Both the position numbers and the translations under genes were made by a program. Below are positions 22,539 through 33,411 of a stretch of 37,090 nucleotides of DNA, piece after piece. The notes beneath the pieces are model-generated. The model had not been told where the DNA came from, ran no database searches, and saw only the letters and a program-made list of their open reading frames with translations. This DNA is from Octopus bimaculoides (Eukaryota), in the NCBI RefSeq assembly GCF_001194135.2, contig NC_068992.1, positions 43,828,924-43,866,013 of the forward strand. The letters run 5' to 3'. Each line of letters begins with the position of its first letter. Position 1 is the stretch's first letter.

Positions 22539-22859
22539 CTAAAAAGTAGACAAAATATTAATTAGAAATTGGCAAAAATATCTCTGAAACACTCAAACAC
22601 TATTATTGATCTGAGAAGTCCAATCCTGTTTCATATAAAGATTGTCCATTTCAATCATTGATGCCACCAATTTGGAAGAATCATTCAGTTTGTGATAAAT
22701 TCTTGGAAACAAGAAATAGTTGATGACAACATCAAATAATGAACAGATAGCTAACATCATCATCAGCATCATTTTGGTGTCCACTTTTCCATTCTTGCAT
22801 GGAACAGATGGAATTTATTGAGGCAGATTTTCTATAACTAGATGCTCTTCCAGTCACCA

Positions 22860-23080
22860 ACATACGTGTGTGTATGTGTGTAAGAGTGTGTATACACATA
22901 TATTTACACACAGATGTGTATGTATGTACATATGTAAGTATGTATGTTAGTATGTACATATATATATCTACATATGTGTGTATGTACATATATATCTACA
23001 TATGTGTGTATGTACATATATATCTACATATGCACGTATGTACATATGCATATAAATGTATGTATGTATGTTCAAATGCA
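22860..23080. repeat. (TA/TG/TATG)n compound microsatellite
   Basis: Direct reading. Confidence 0.9.
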
Positions 23081-23084
23081 TGTA

Positions 23085-23965
23085 TGTGGTGGTAGCAAAA
23101 AGTTATTTTTAATAAAAAATAACTTATTTACCTAAGTTTTAACATCATCGCTTTTGAAATGGTCACCCTGCACAGCAATACACTGGTCCCAGCATTCCTG
23201 CCATTTTTGGAATCTGGCCTGGAAGTTGTTTTCCATAAGTGAGTGAAAGATCTTCAATTCACCTTGGATCTTGATAGTGGTGTTAAAACAGTAACCTTTG
23301 AGCTGCATTTTCATCTTGGAGAAAAGATGGAAGGCTGCAGATGCTAAATCTGGTGAATAGGGTATGTGCGTAAGCAATACCATGCTGTTTTTGGTGAGTA
23401 ACTCACAAGTAATGAGAGCTCATGACAGGGTGCATTGTCATCACAAAGAATCCAATTCTTTGCACTCCACAATTCTGGTCACTTTCACCAAATGTCCTCC
23501 CTGAAATGCTTCAAAACATCTTTGATTGTCCTCTGACGATCCTCATGCACAAACTGATGAAATTTCTCCACATTTCCTGGAGTGATGCTTGCAGCAGGTC
23601 TTCAGGATCGCTCATCTTCCAGGGATGTTTTTCTGCTTTTGAAGCTCCTGTGCCACTTGAAGCATTGCATGACCCATTGCCTCATCGCCATAAGTTTACC
23701 AAAGCATGGTCAATGTCTCTGTAGCAGACTTCCGAAGTTTAATGCAAAATTTCAAGCTGGCTCTTTGTTCTTGTCCATCTCAAAATTACAGACAACAGCA
23801 TGCATCTAATCACAAAAACAAAAATTTTCACAACTTGTGAAGTAAAACACAGTAATGATGCGTGACACACCATCCCATGAAGGTCACTTCTAGGTGTTAT
23901 TGCAAACACCCTCATGTACTACCATCTGTTGGTGTACTACAGAACTAGTCTGGCAACTTTTTGAT
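23085..23965 (-). mobile_element. Non-autonomous mariner (same family as 32515-33411)
   Basis: TIR-like gtggtagcaaaaagtt and actagtctggcaactttttgata; PYSPDLASAAFHLFSKMKMQLKG...FQKWQECWDQCIAVQGDHF. Confidence 0.88.
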
Positions 23966-24296
23966 ATGTATGTATTCTATCACCTCAATCCAAAATGTTT
24001 GACTTTGCACAATGTTTTGGACAGGAAATTTCTGATAATTTTGTTTTTGATCCCTGGACATTGACAAAATAACTTCCAGACTGCATTTCCTCAGGAAGAT
24101 ACTTCTGAGTTGGCTTTTCCCTGCATTATGCACCCAACAAGTTTATGCTTGTGTATTTGTGATGAAAATATGTGTGCATATATGTTTATATATGATGAAT
24201 ATATGTGTATGTATGAGTGTCCATTTATACTGATGCTGATATCTGGCATTTAAAATAAACAATGTTTAAGCAAGACAATATCAGACAACCATATAC

Positions 24297-24396
24297 CTTT
24301 TGTTATTCGAGTATATTCTGTCACCAAGTAATTCTGAAATTTTCTTTCTACATTTGTTTTGAATTTATACTCCGAGTAATTACTGATCAAACTTAT
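24297..24396 (-). CDS. Receptor gene exon: second half of module 3
   Basis: atctataatttcag|ATA AGT TTG...ACA AAA G|gtatat; 100 nt, phase 0-1; ISLISNYSEYKFKTNVERKFQNYLVTEYTRITK. Confidence 0.8.
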
Positions 24397-24500
24397 CTGA
24401 AATTATAGATTTGAAATGTCAAATTCACTCTCATAAGACATGCAATGTGCTTGCCTATCAAATTTAAATATTTTAAAATAAGTAAAGAAAATATTTTTAC

Positions 24501-24727
24501 TTCATTGATTCTCAGAAATTTATCCAAAAAGTGGAATTTCAATTTCATGATTTCATTTTTCTCATATGTCTTCAGATTAAAATATTTGATATAAGTATTT
24601 CCATATGGAAATACATAATTCCATTGTAAATTTCTCATGAAAGAAGATAGTGTGTCTTGAATTATTTCCACATCGAAATTTCGTTCATGTTCTTCAGGAG
24701 AAATAACTTTCAACAGCCAATTTTTGC
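24501..24727 (-). CDS. Receptor gene exon: first half of module 3
   Basis: tttattttccag|GC AAA AAT TGG...ATC AAT GAA|gtaaaa; 227 nt, phase 1-0; (S)KNWLLKVISPEEHERNFDVEII...MKLKFHFLDKFLRINE. Confidence 0.8.
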
Positions 24728-24783
24728 CTGGAAAATAAATTTAGAAAATAAGTCTTTTAGTGCGTGTGCTTATGTGTGTATAC

Positions 24784-24814
<31 letters not shown>

Positions 24815-24830
24815 TTTATGTATATACATA

Positions 24831-26002
24831 CAGGGACTTCCTAAAAGTCTATACTCAATTTTCATTTCTTTTTTGATTTAACCCGTTAAAAATAATGATG
24901 TGAGCTAGACTAATCTTTGAACAAAATAAAACTTGTTCTTAGAGCTACTGGAAGTTTAGGAGAGAGTTTTAAAACAGATACACAATACAATTTAACATCA
25001 TTTTGAACCAAATGGAACTGTTCAGAATGTCCACTAGAAATGCTCCCAAAGACTGGACATTGTTGAGTCCCACAAAGCAAGAAAGGACACTAGAATCATA
25101 TCACTAAAGTTCGAGAAAATCTTTGGCAAGCAAGTCATGGGACGTTTGTTTCAAAATCAAGTGTTCATCCATTTTCAAGCACTGTCAGTGGAAAAGTTAC
25201 ATTCCAAGAATAGTCCATGGTCTCAAAGAAGATGACCCAGAGCAAAGAGTGGAGTTTTATGAGTGGCACTTGGTAAGATGTGTAGAAGAGGTATACTTTC
25301 CAACAAAGATTGGAGTGATGAGACTACATTTAAATTAAATGGCCTAATTAACAACCACAACTGCACCTATTAGGGACCTGAGAATTTAAATATTATAGAA
25401 GAATCTCATGTTAATTTACTAGGAGTTACATTATGATGTGGCTTACCAACAAAAGGATTCATTGGACTATTCTTGTTTTTGACAGTATTGCAATTGGTCC
25501 CATTTACTTGAACTTGGTGCAACAATCTGTCATACCAAGCATTCAAGGAGACTTTGAAGACTTTATTTTCTGCTAGCTGAGTCACCCCAACACTTCCATA
25601 GTTATATAAGAGCCTACTGGGATGACATTCTGTCAAACAGGTGGACTGGAAGAGGTAATTCTGTAGAATATCTTCTGCATTCACCAGACATCCCCATGAC
25701 ATTTTTTTATGGGGATACTTAAAAGATAATGTCTACAATACAAAATTAGCAGCTGTTGATAAACTGAGATTAGCCATTGAACAAAATTGTACACAAATAC
25801 CAAATGAAATGTATTTTTGATATGTTGCAATTTCATAGCTCCGAGGTATCAGCAGTGCCTGGGGCAGAATGGTCATCATTTTGAGAACAGGCATTCATAA
25901 AAAAATGAAATATTTGAATTCTATGTATCGTTTTCTTTAAATTTCCTTAATTTCACATTTCCAATGATGCTTTGAATTATTACCAAAGGTTTAGCTCCCT
26001 TG
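24831..26002 (+). mobile_element. Degraded IS630-Tc1-mariner element, rosa/D,D41D-like
   Basis: [12 protein letters not shown], (SD)[26 protein letters not shown]...SPD...FF.WGYLKDNVY, QCLGQNGHHFE; TA flanks. The subfamily label is from motif recall. Confidence 0.7.
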
Positions 26003-26020
26003 TAATAGCTGCACCACATA

Positions 26021-27178
26021 CACTAGCCAAAATAAGTTTCAGAGTGATGATGACAGCTCTATTCCATCATTAATTCATTTTAACAAAACTGTATAAAATT
26101 ATTTTACTTTTTACAGTCTATGTAGAATTTTTTTTCTCTTTCGAATGATATAGGCTTTATATATCTTTCTACAATTTGAATAATTTTAATGCACAAAATA
26201 AGTTTAAGACCATACCAACATTATTTTGTTTCAATTGAAAATTTACAGCAGAAATGATCAATGAACAAAAATTTATTATTAGTATCTAGTTTTATAGCCC
26301 TTATTTTCAATTACAGCCTTACTACGGTGGGACATGGAGTTTGACAGATGAGCACAAAACTCACTTGGAATGCTCTGCCATATTTCTTCAATAAAATTAT
26401 ATAATTGGGAAAAATTTGTTGGTTTTTTAGCATGAATTCCTTTAGCAACATAATTCCATAAGTTTTCTATCAGATTCAAATCTGGGCTCTGCAGAGACCA
26501 CTCAATAACCACCATATTATTGCACTCAAAATATTGCAAAACTTTCCTAGCCTTATGAACAGGGCAATTGTCCTGCTGGAAAATAGATCCCCATGGTTTC
26601 TGATTATTTAAATATGGCAGCACATTTTCATTTACTAATTGCAGCTAACCTATACTGTTCAGTCTGCCATCAACCTTAACAATTGGACAAACACCTTAGT
26701 TATTGAACATGGCCTGCACCATTACCCCATCACTTCTTGCTTGCACGGTTTTCTTGACACATTTAGGATAGAATTCTTCAATTGAACGGCATCTAACATA
26801 AGTCTATCCATCTGATCCAAAGATGCAGAACTGGGCTGGTACTACAATGCTTTCCCATAATGAATAAATATGTAACAATGCTCGATTATTAAGCAAAACA
26901 GTGCAGTATGACCATCCATTTGGCCTATTAATTTATTAATTTGCATAATCTTGGTATGGTCTTAAACTTATTTTGCCAACAATTTCTAATCATTTCATTT
27001 AATTGCACATTAAAATTATTTGAATTGTAGAAAGATATATAACGCCTATATCATTCGAAAGAGAAACAAACTCTACATAAACTATAAAAAGTAAAATAAT
27101 TTTATACAGCTTTGTTAAAAATACATCAATGAAGGAATAGAATTGTCATCATAGGTCTTAAACATATTTTGGCCAGTG
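26021..27178 (-). mobile_element. Tc1-like (DD34E) element of IR-DR type, internally deleted, with TA target duplication
   Basis: TA at 26019-20 and 27179-80. ~200-240-bp inverted repeats carry caaaata(a/t)gttt(aagacc) direct repeats at both ends. ORF 26279-26623 reads FQQDNCPVH...SPDLNLIENLW with 34 residues between D and E. Confidence 0.92.
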
Positions 27179-27211
27179 TATGTTCGATTTAGTTGTTCAA
27201 TGAAATCTTAC

Positions 27212-27305
27212 TTTTCTGTAGTTTACATGAATATTTAGCTGGGATTGTCTTATGTATGCTGACACAACCGTATTCTTCTTCAGTAAGTATTTTTGTCAAG
27301 ACAAT
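27212..27305 (-). CDS. Receptor gene exon: second half of module 2
   Basis: ttttatgatttttcag|ATT GTC TTG...CAG AAA A|gtaaga; 94 nt, phase 0-1; IVLTKILTEEEYGCVSIHKTIPAKYSCKLQK. Confidence 0.88.
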
Positions 27306-28102
27306 CTGAAAAATCATAAAAGAAAATTTCAAGCTGATTAGTTTTAATATATATTTAAATTAACACAAATGTCTACATTGATAGAAGAGCAGTTTTTGAC
27401 TTTATGAGTCTGGTCCATTCATTTTATTTGCGTGAGAGAGAGAAGGACTTTTGTTATTATACATACACATATACATATACACATGCATACACATTCAGGA
27501 ACATACACACATGTAGACGCATGCTCACACACATACATAAACAAACACAAACACACTCAAACACATATACACACTGACACCTACACAAAATAATTACTCC
27601 AGTTAATGAGGGAAGCCTCTATGTGATTAGTTGACTGTCTAGAAATAAATGCCAAATCTCCTTTAAATTACATTGGTTGGTTGGTGCTACGAAGGGTATC
27701 CAGCTGCAGAAACCATGCCAAATCAGACTATAGTTAGGTGCAGCCCTACAGCTTACCAGCCATGGTCAAACCAACCAACCCATGCCAGCATGGATAATGG
27801 ACGTTAAATGATGATGATGATGATGTACTGTATTAGAAAAGAAGGACACACTGAATAAAGGTCATGAGTGCATGTATCTGAAAAATGAACATGGTGGTCA
27901 TAGATGAATGTATTTGAATCTAGGTCCACTGAATCAAGACTGATCAGGGCTTTAACAATAACAATGACAGAAAATAAATAAATCTTTAATAGCATAGAGA
28001 ATTCAAGGTAAAAATTCTTACTTTGAATATGTCAAAATATTTGCTACCGTTTTCTTAAAATAAAAAAGCAAACACGGAATTCAAGAAGGTGAAAATTCTT
28101 AC

Positions 28103-28335
28103 TTTGGATATGTCAAAAGATTTGCTACTGTCTTTAAAGTATATTTCAGCCTCACCAATGCCTATTTTACCTATATTAGTAAAAGCAGAGAATGTCGGGA
28201 GATAAGCTAACTTTTTGAATGTTAGACTTTGTGAAGAATTTGTTCCACTGCCAGTCACTCCAACAAATATCTTTATTTCTTCTATATTTTTAATTAGTTT
28301 GGATAGAGAGCTTAGTTCTATTTTCCACTCAAGAT
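28103..28335 (-). CDS. Receptor gene exon: first half of module 2
   Basis: ttcttctttcttatttag|AT CTT GAG TGG...ATA TCC AAA|gtaaga; 233 nt, phase 1-0; (D)LEWKIELSS...IKIFVGVTGSG...TNIGKIGIGEAEIYFKDSSKSFDISK. Confidence 0.88.
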
Positions 28336-29620
28336 CTAAATAAGAAAGAAGAAAATGAAAAGAGCAATGAAAAAATTATATCGTAGCTGTGATACATTAA
28401 CAAAAGAAATGTGCTGCAAGAAAAATGATGAATTATATGACATTTTGAGATTTGAGTTATTCATCAGTAGAAAACAACTGATTTTCTTATCATTAATCTT
28501 TTCTTATCATTAATCATAATTCTGTTGAAATATGTTTGATTTCATTTAATTTTGACAATAATAAAGAATTTGTTAAGTAACTTTGTTGTTATTAAGCTGA
28601 TGTTTGGAATATAAATTAACATGGAATTTTAATGAAAGGTTGTCATTAAGATCAGTTTAAAACAAGGAATTTGTATCATAGAACTAGGGTTTGTTTCAGG
28701 CTGGTTGGTATAAAAAGGATTAAGAAATAAAGGAACGGTTGTTGTAACATTTAAAGTTGAGTTATGTTTAATAAGTTGAATAATTAATAAAAGAAAGAAT
28801 TATCATCAACAATGTTTACTAATGAGACTAAACATTTTTAATATAGAATTTGTTGTATGTAAGTTATGTATGTGAATCAAGAAATAGTGAAACTGTCAAA
28901 AGATAACGGCAGGAATACCTCATAAATCAAATCATAGTTGCCTGTTACAATAAGAATAATCACTTGGAGAGACAAAGTTGAGGGATGAAAATTATCATTA
29001 AAAAGATAATTTTCATTGAGTATCTAAAGACACAAGGCTTCTATAAAGAGCTGAATTCCAAGATTTTTAAAAGCCTGCCAAAACATTTTTAGAATGTTCC
29101 ATGTTGCCCTTAGGAGCAAAATGTTATTCTTCTTGTCTGACATTGGCCTCTCACAAACAAATTTCAAAAATAACTGTTTGGAAAAATATTTGTATGTATT
29201 ATAATAGACTTCAGAGATGAAACTAAAATAGTTCTGGTCATGGTGACAGGAAGAGCATCCATCCATGAAAATCTGATTAATGAATTCTCTTCTGATTCAT
29301 GCAAGCATGGCAAAGTGAACATCAAAATGCTGTTGCCACTACCATCACCATCGATGACTAATTGGATATATGACAGAATCTCAATGTAGAGCTGTGGAAT
29401 ATTGTTTAGTTTTACATCTTTGAGTTGGAATCTGGTTTTGGTGTTGGGAAGATTAACTCTTGATGGTAAATCAACACAGTAGCATGAATCATTTAGAATT
29501 CACCCTGCTCACTCTCTTTCTTTATCATTTAACATCTTGTAAAAGCCACACAGACAGCAAGGTAGAACTACTTCATAGTTTCTAATAAAGTGACATAATA
29601 AATACCTTCTATCAACTTAC

Positions 29621-29714
29621 CGTTTCTCAATGAACACTCATGGTAAGGATTACTTTGTTTAAGAAGATAACTACAGGAATATATTTTGGAAGTTTCCATG
29701 TTCTTCAGTTTGAT
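29621..29714 (-). CDS. Receptor gene exon: second half of module 1
   Basis: tttttttcttttacttaag|ATC AAA CTG...AGA AAC G|gtaagt; 94 nt, phase 0-1; IKLKNMETSKIYSCSYLLKQSNPYHECSLRN. Confidence 0.9.
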
Positions 29715-30663
29715 CTTAAGTAAAAGAAAAAAACAACAAAATTATGTTTATGTCTCTAGGAATTATATAGATTTAGACAGGTGTCGTTTTGTTCTGGATC
29801 CAGCAATTAAACAGATGAGAAATAATTAACTTATCCATCCACTCAGCAATTCTATCTCTACAAATTTTGATAGCTTTATAAATAGTCAAACAAGACCATG
29901 TTTTCAGCAGCTGAGCAATTATATTGAATCAACAGATGATGATAGCAGAGAAGCAACCTGGGCTTGTCATCTTAGTATATTCATCTTGAAAATATTATTC
30001 TATTCTAAATCATAAATTCATGTAGAACTGAATGTAGAAATAGAGAAAACATTAAGTGACAGTTAGGTAAAGAGAAGAAAGAAGAAATGTTGACTGTTAG
30101 GAAGGATGGGGTCATTGTAGGTGGGATAGAGAACAGATAGTTCCAGTATCGCCTTTCATGACACAGAATAAACAGCAAAAAGGATAAATGGTAAACTTGG
30201 GCCTGGCATGAAGTGAACACAGAACAGTGATGTTAAGTCATTCATCCAAACTACCTGCTTTCTAAAACAGGAAAAATGATCATCAATGCACAGCAGTACG
30301 TTTTACTGAACTATGCGTGGGCATACATGTATGTAACTTGTTTTATTTGCTCAAATCCAGTAACCCTAAAAACAAGTTATAAATTGGTTTCAAATTTTGG
30401 AACAAGGTGAGTAAGTTTATGGGAGAGGGGATAAGTTGATTACATTGAACCCCAGTGTTTAAATAGTATTTATGACCCTGAAAGAATGATAGACAGAATT
30501 TGTATTCTGAATCTAAAGATGGGTGAAATGCCACTAAACAGCTAATGATTCTACCAGCCTGTCACGTTGAAAACAAGTAGTATATTGAAGTTGAGTCAAA
30601 CAATTATACTCCTTTCTAATTGAATAACTAAATAATTTAATAATTAATATAGGGTTTACTCAC

Positions 30664-30869
30664 AGTCTTGTCCAGCCAAAATTTTTTTGTTGTCAATAAT
30701 TCTATTCTTGACTTTGTATTCATTTCCATTGGAAGAAAGAATGATACATTTGTTGTTTTAGAATTTGCTCTAAACTTTATAAAGTTTTTACCATAAGGCT
30801 TTATTTCAAAAGACTCATCATAATTGTCATACAACTTACTGTGTATAACTGCCATGTTCCAGTGTACCC
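30664..30869 (-). CDS. Receptor gene exon: first half of module 1
   Basis: ttttttctcttactttctag|GG GTA CAC TGG...AAG ACT|gtgagt; 206 nt, phase 1-0; VHWNMAVIHSK...FEIKPYGKN...KKFWLDKT. Confidence 0.9.
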
Positions 30870-31628
30870 CTAGAAAGTAAGAGAAAAAATTTGCTCATCA
30901 GTGAAAACAACATTTCAAAATTAATAATCATAAAACAATAATTGTCTAATAAGGAGAGTAGATTTAAAATGAAATTATTAGAATATGATTGAAAGCCATT
31001 TACTTTCTCTGCTCTTCCAATATAGATTAAGACACTTCTTTTCATTTGAAATTTATTTAGCTTATTTATGTATGAAATCAAACAAGGAGAAACTTTAAAA
31101 ACTTCAAATAGTCATATATATATATTGTATGTATGCAGAGTATCTCCGGTAATTTAGCAGCAGATGTACTGTTAAAGTGCTTTTCAAATTATTTTAGCTA
31201 TTACCTCTTTTCCTTTTCCTAATACTTCATAAATGCAGCCCACACTTGCTATGAGTCAATGTACCTCACTCCCCATTTTCAATATATGTGCATTAAGAAC
31301 ACGTGCTAGACAGAAACTGAGAGAAGCTCATCACCACTTGACAACCAGTGTTGGTTTGTTTACATTCCTGTAACTTAGCAGTTCTGCATAAGAGATTGAT
31401 ATAATAAGCACCAGTCTTTAAAAAAAGTAAGTACAGGGATCAATACATTTGATTAAATCCCTTCAAGGTAATGCCCCAGCATGGCCACAATCCAATGACT
31501 GAAACAAGTAACAAATAGAGGATATCTAAATATAAGATAAAGACCAAAATTTACTATATAAATGTATCAGTTGCCCTCACCCCTATTGCCTCTGATGTCT
31601 ATATAAATATTTCCATTCCTCTCCTCAC

Positions 31629-31715
31629 CTCAACACTGAGGTGGAGGTTATTGCCTATTTTGAGAATCATTGCACTTGAGTAACCAGAAGCAAGAACAGT
31701 TATGAAAACAAATAC
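31629..31715 (-). CDS. Candidate upstream exon with a signal-peptide-like hydrophobic stretch
   Basis: ctttcctcacctgtcatag|GTA TTT GTT TTC ATA ACT GTT CTT GCT TCT GGT TAC TCA AGT GCA...GTT GAG|gtgagg (VFVFITVLASGYSSA...). Phase 0-0 does not join directly to the phase-1 exon at 30869. Confidence 0.3.
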
Positions 31716-31888
31716 CTATGACAGGTGAGGAAAGTAATAAGAAATGACAGGTAATTAATGATTGCTACCTAGATGTATATAATCAGCTAAAGATTATGCA
31801 AATGGACCAAAGTCGATAAGATGCATATTGCATGGAAAATACTCAGAGGATACATGTACACTGACAACAAAAGAGTTGATTTTAACAT

Positions 31889-32495
31889 ATGAGGTGGTAT
31901 CAAAAAGTTCTTGGACTAGCTTTGTAGTGCACCAATAGATGCCAGTACATGTTTGTGTGCACAGTGAGAGCTAGCAGTGACCTTCATGAGGCAGTGTGTT
32001 GAGTAATATCGGTGTGTTTACTTTGCAAGTTGTGAAATTTGTGTTTTTATGGTCACTTGTATGCTGTAGTGTGTGATTTTGTCATGGATAGAAACAAAGA
32101 GCCAACAAGAAATTTATGTTAAACTTGAGAAGTCTATTATAGTCCCTGAAAGATGGTGTGCGATCTGGAAAATCTGCCATGTGTGTCATCCCCTGAAATA
32201 TGGTATTGTGCATCAAGAGTTCATTCCCCCAGGGTTAGACCTTCAATTGAGAGTTCTACTGTGGCATTTTGAAATGTTTGAGGGAAGACATTCATTGAAA
32301 GCAACTGGATCTGTGGAGCACAAAGAATTGGATTCTTCACAACAACAATCTCTCTTCACTCGTGAGTTTCTTGCTAAAAACAACAACATATTGCTTTGAA
32401 ACCTACCCTATTCACCAGATTTAGCACCTACAGATTTCCATCTCTTCCTCAAGATGAAACTGCAGCTCAAAGGTCACCGTTTTAACATTATGATT
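31889..32495 (+). mobile_element. Mariner deletion derivative, 3'-truncated
   Basis: 5' TIR gaggtggtatcaaaaagttc; GIVHQEFIPPG, WILHNNN, LPYSPDLAPTDFHLFLKMKLQLKG. Confidence 0.85.
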
Positions 32496-32514
32496 TGAAG
32501 GGATAGAATACATA

Positions 32515-33411
32515 TGTATAAAAAAGTTCCCAGACTAGCTCTGTAGTCTGCTAAGAGATAGCAGCACATGTTTGTGTGTGCAGTGACACCTAGAAGCGAC
32601 CTTCATGGGATGGTGTACCAAGTGACATCACTGTGTTTACTTTGCACGCTGTGCAATTTTTGTTTTTGTGATTATGTGTATACTGTAGTCTGTGATTTTG
32701 TCATGGAGAGAAACAAAGAGCCAACATGAAATTTAGCATTAAACTTGGGAAGTCTGCCTCGGAAACATTGAGCATGCTTTGGTAAACTTATGGTAATGAG
32801 GTAATAGGTCATACATGTTTTGAGTGGTATAGGTGCTTCAAAAGCAGAACATCCCTAGAAGACAAGCAACCTGGAAGACCTGCCATGAACATCTCCCCTG
32901 GAAATGTGGAAGAAAATTCATCAGCTTGTACATGAGGATCGTCAGAGGACAACCAATAACATTTTGAAGCATTTGAGGGAGGACATTTGGCAAAAGTGAC
33001 TGGACTTGTGAAGTACAAAGAAATGGATTCTACATGATGACAATGCACCCTGCCATCGAGCTCTCCTCGCTTGTGAGTTTGTCGCTAAAAACAGCAAGGT
33101 ATTGCTTCCATATCTGCCATATTCACTAGATTTAGCATCTGCAGCCTTCAATCTCTTCCCCAAGATGAAAATGCAGCTCAAAGGTTACTGTTTTAGCACC
33201 ATTATCAAGATCCACTGTAAATCGCAGAAGGTGCTTGACTCACTTATGGAAAACAACTTCCAGGCCAGATTCCAAAAATGGCAGGAATGCTGGGACCAGT
33301 CTGTTGCTGCACAAGGTGACCATTTCAAAGGTGATGATGTTTAAAAATAGGTAAATAAGTTATTTTTTATCAAATATAATTAGTGCTGGAACTTTTTGAT
33401 ACCACCTTGTA
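32515..33411 (+). mobile_element. Non-autonomous mariner with both ends
   Basis: Starts taaaaagttcccagactag and ends aactttttgataccaccttgta; HTH remnant (FEWYRCFK..RTSLED..PGRP), DDNAP and PYSLDLASAAFNLFPKMKMQLKG. Confidence 0.88.

Noticed and set aside
22593-22784. 63-aa ORF with acceptor-like gtttccaag
   Set aside because: Open only in phase 2 (incompatible with neighbours), starts in a retroposon (ATG)n tail and has no good donor.
23945-24133. Possible fourth module exon (…QTFWIE|gtgata; an alternative frame gives SCPKHC)
   Set aside because: The acceptor lacks a pyrimidine tract and no partner phase 0-1 exon was found; the exon at 24297 already joins 22538 in phase.
29790-29975. Exon-like segment DEYTKMTSPGCFSAIIIC*
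   Set aside because: In-frame stops in all frames, and the flanking exons already join in phase without it.
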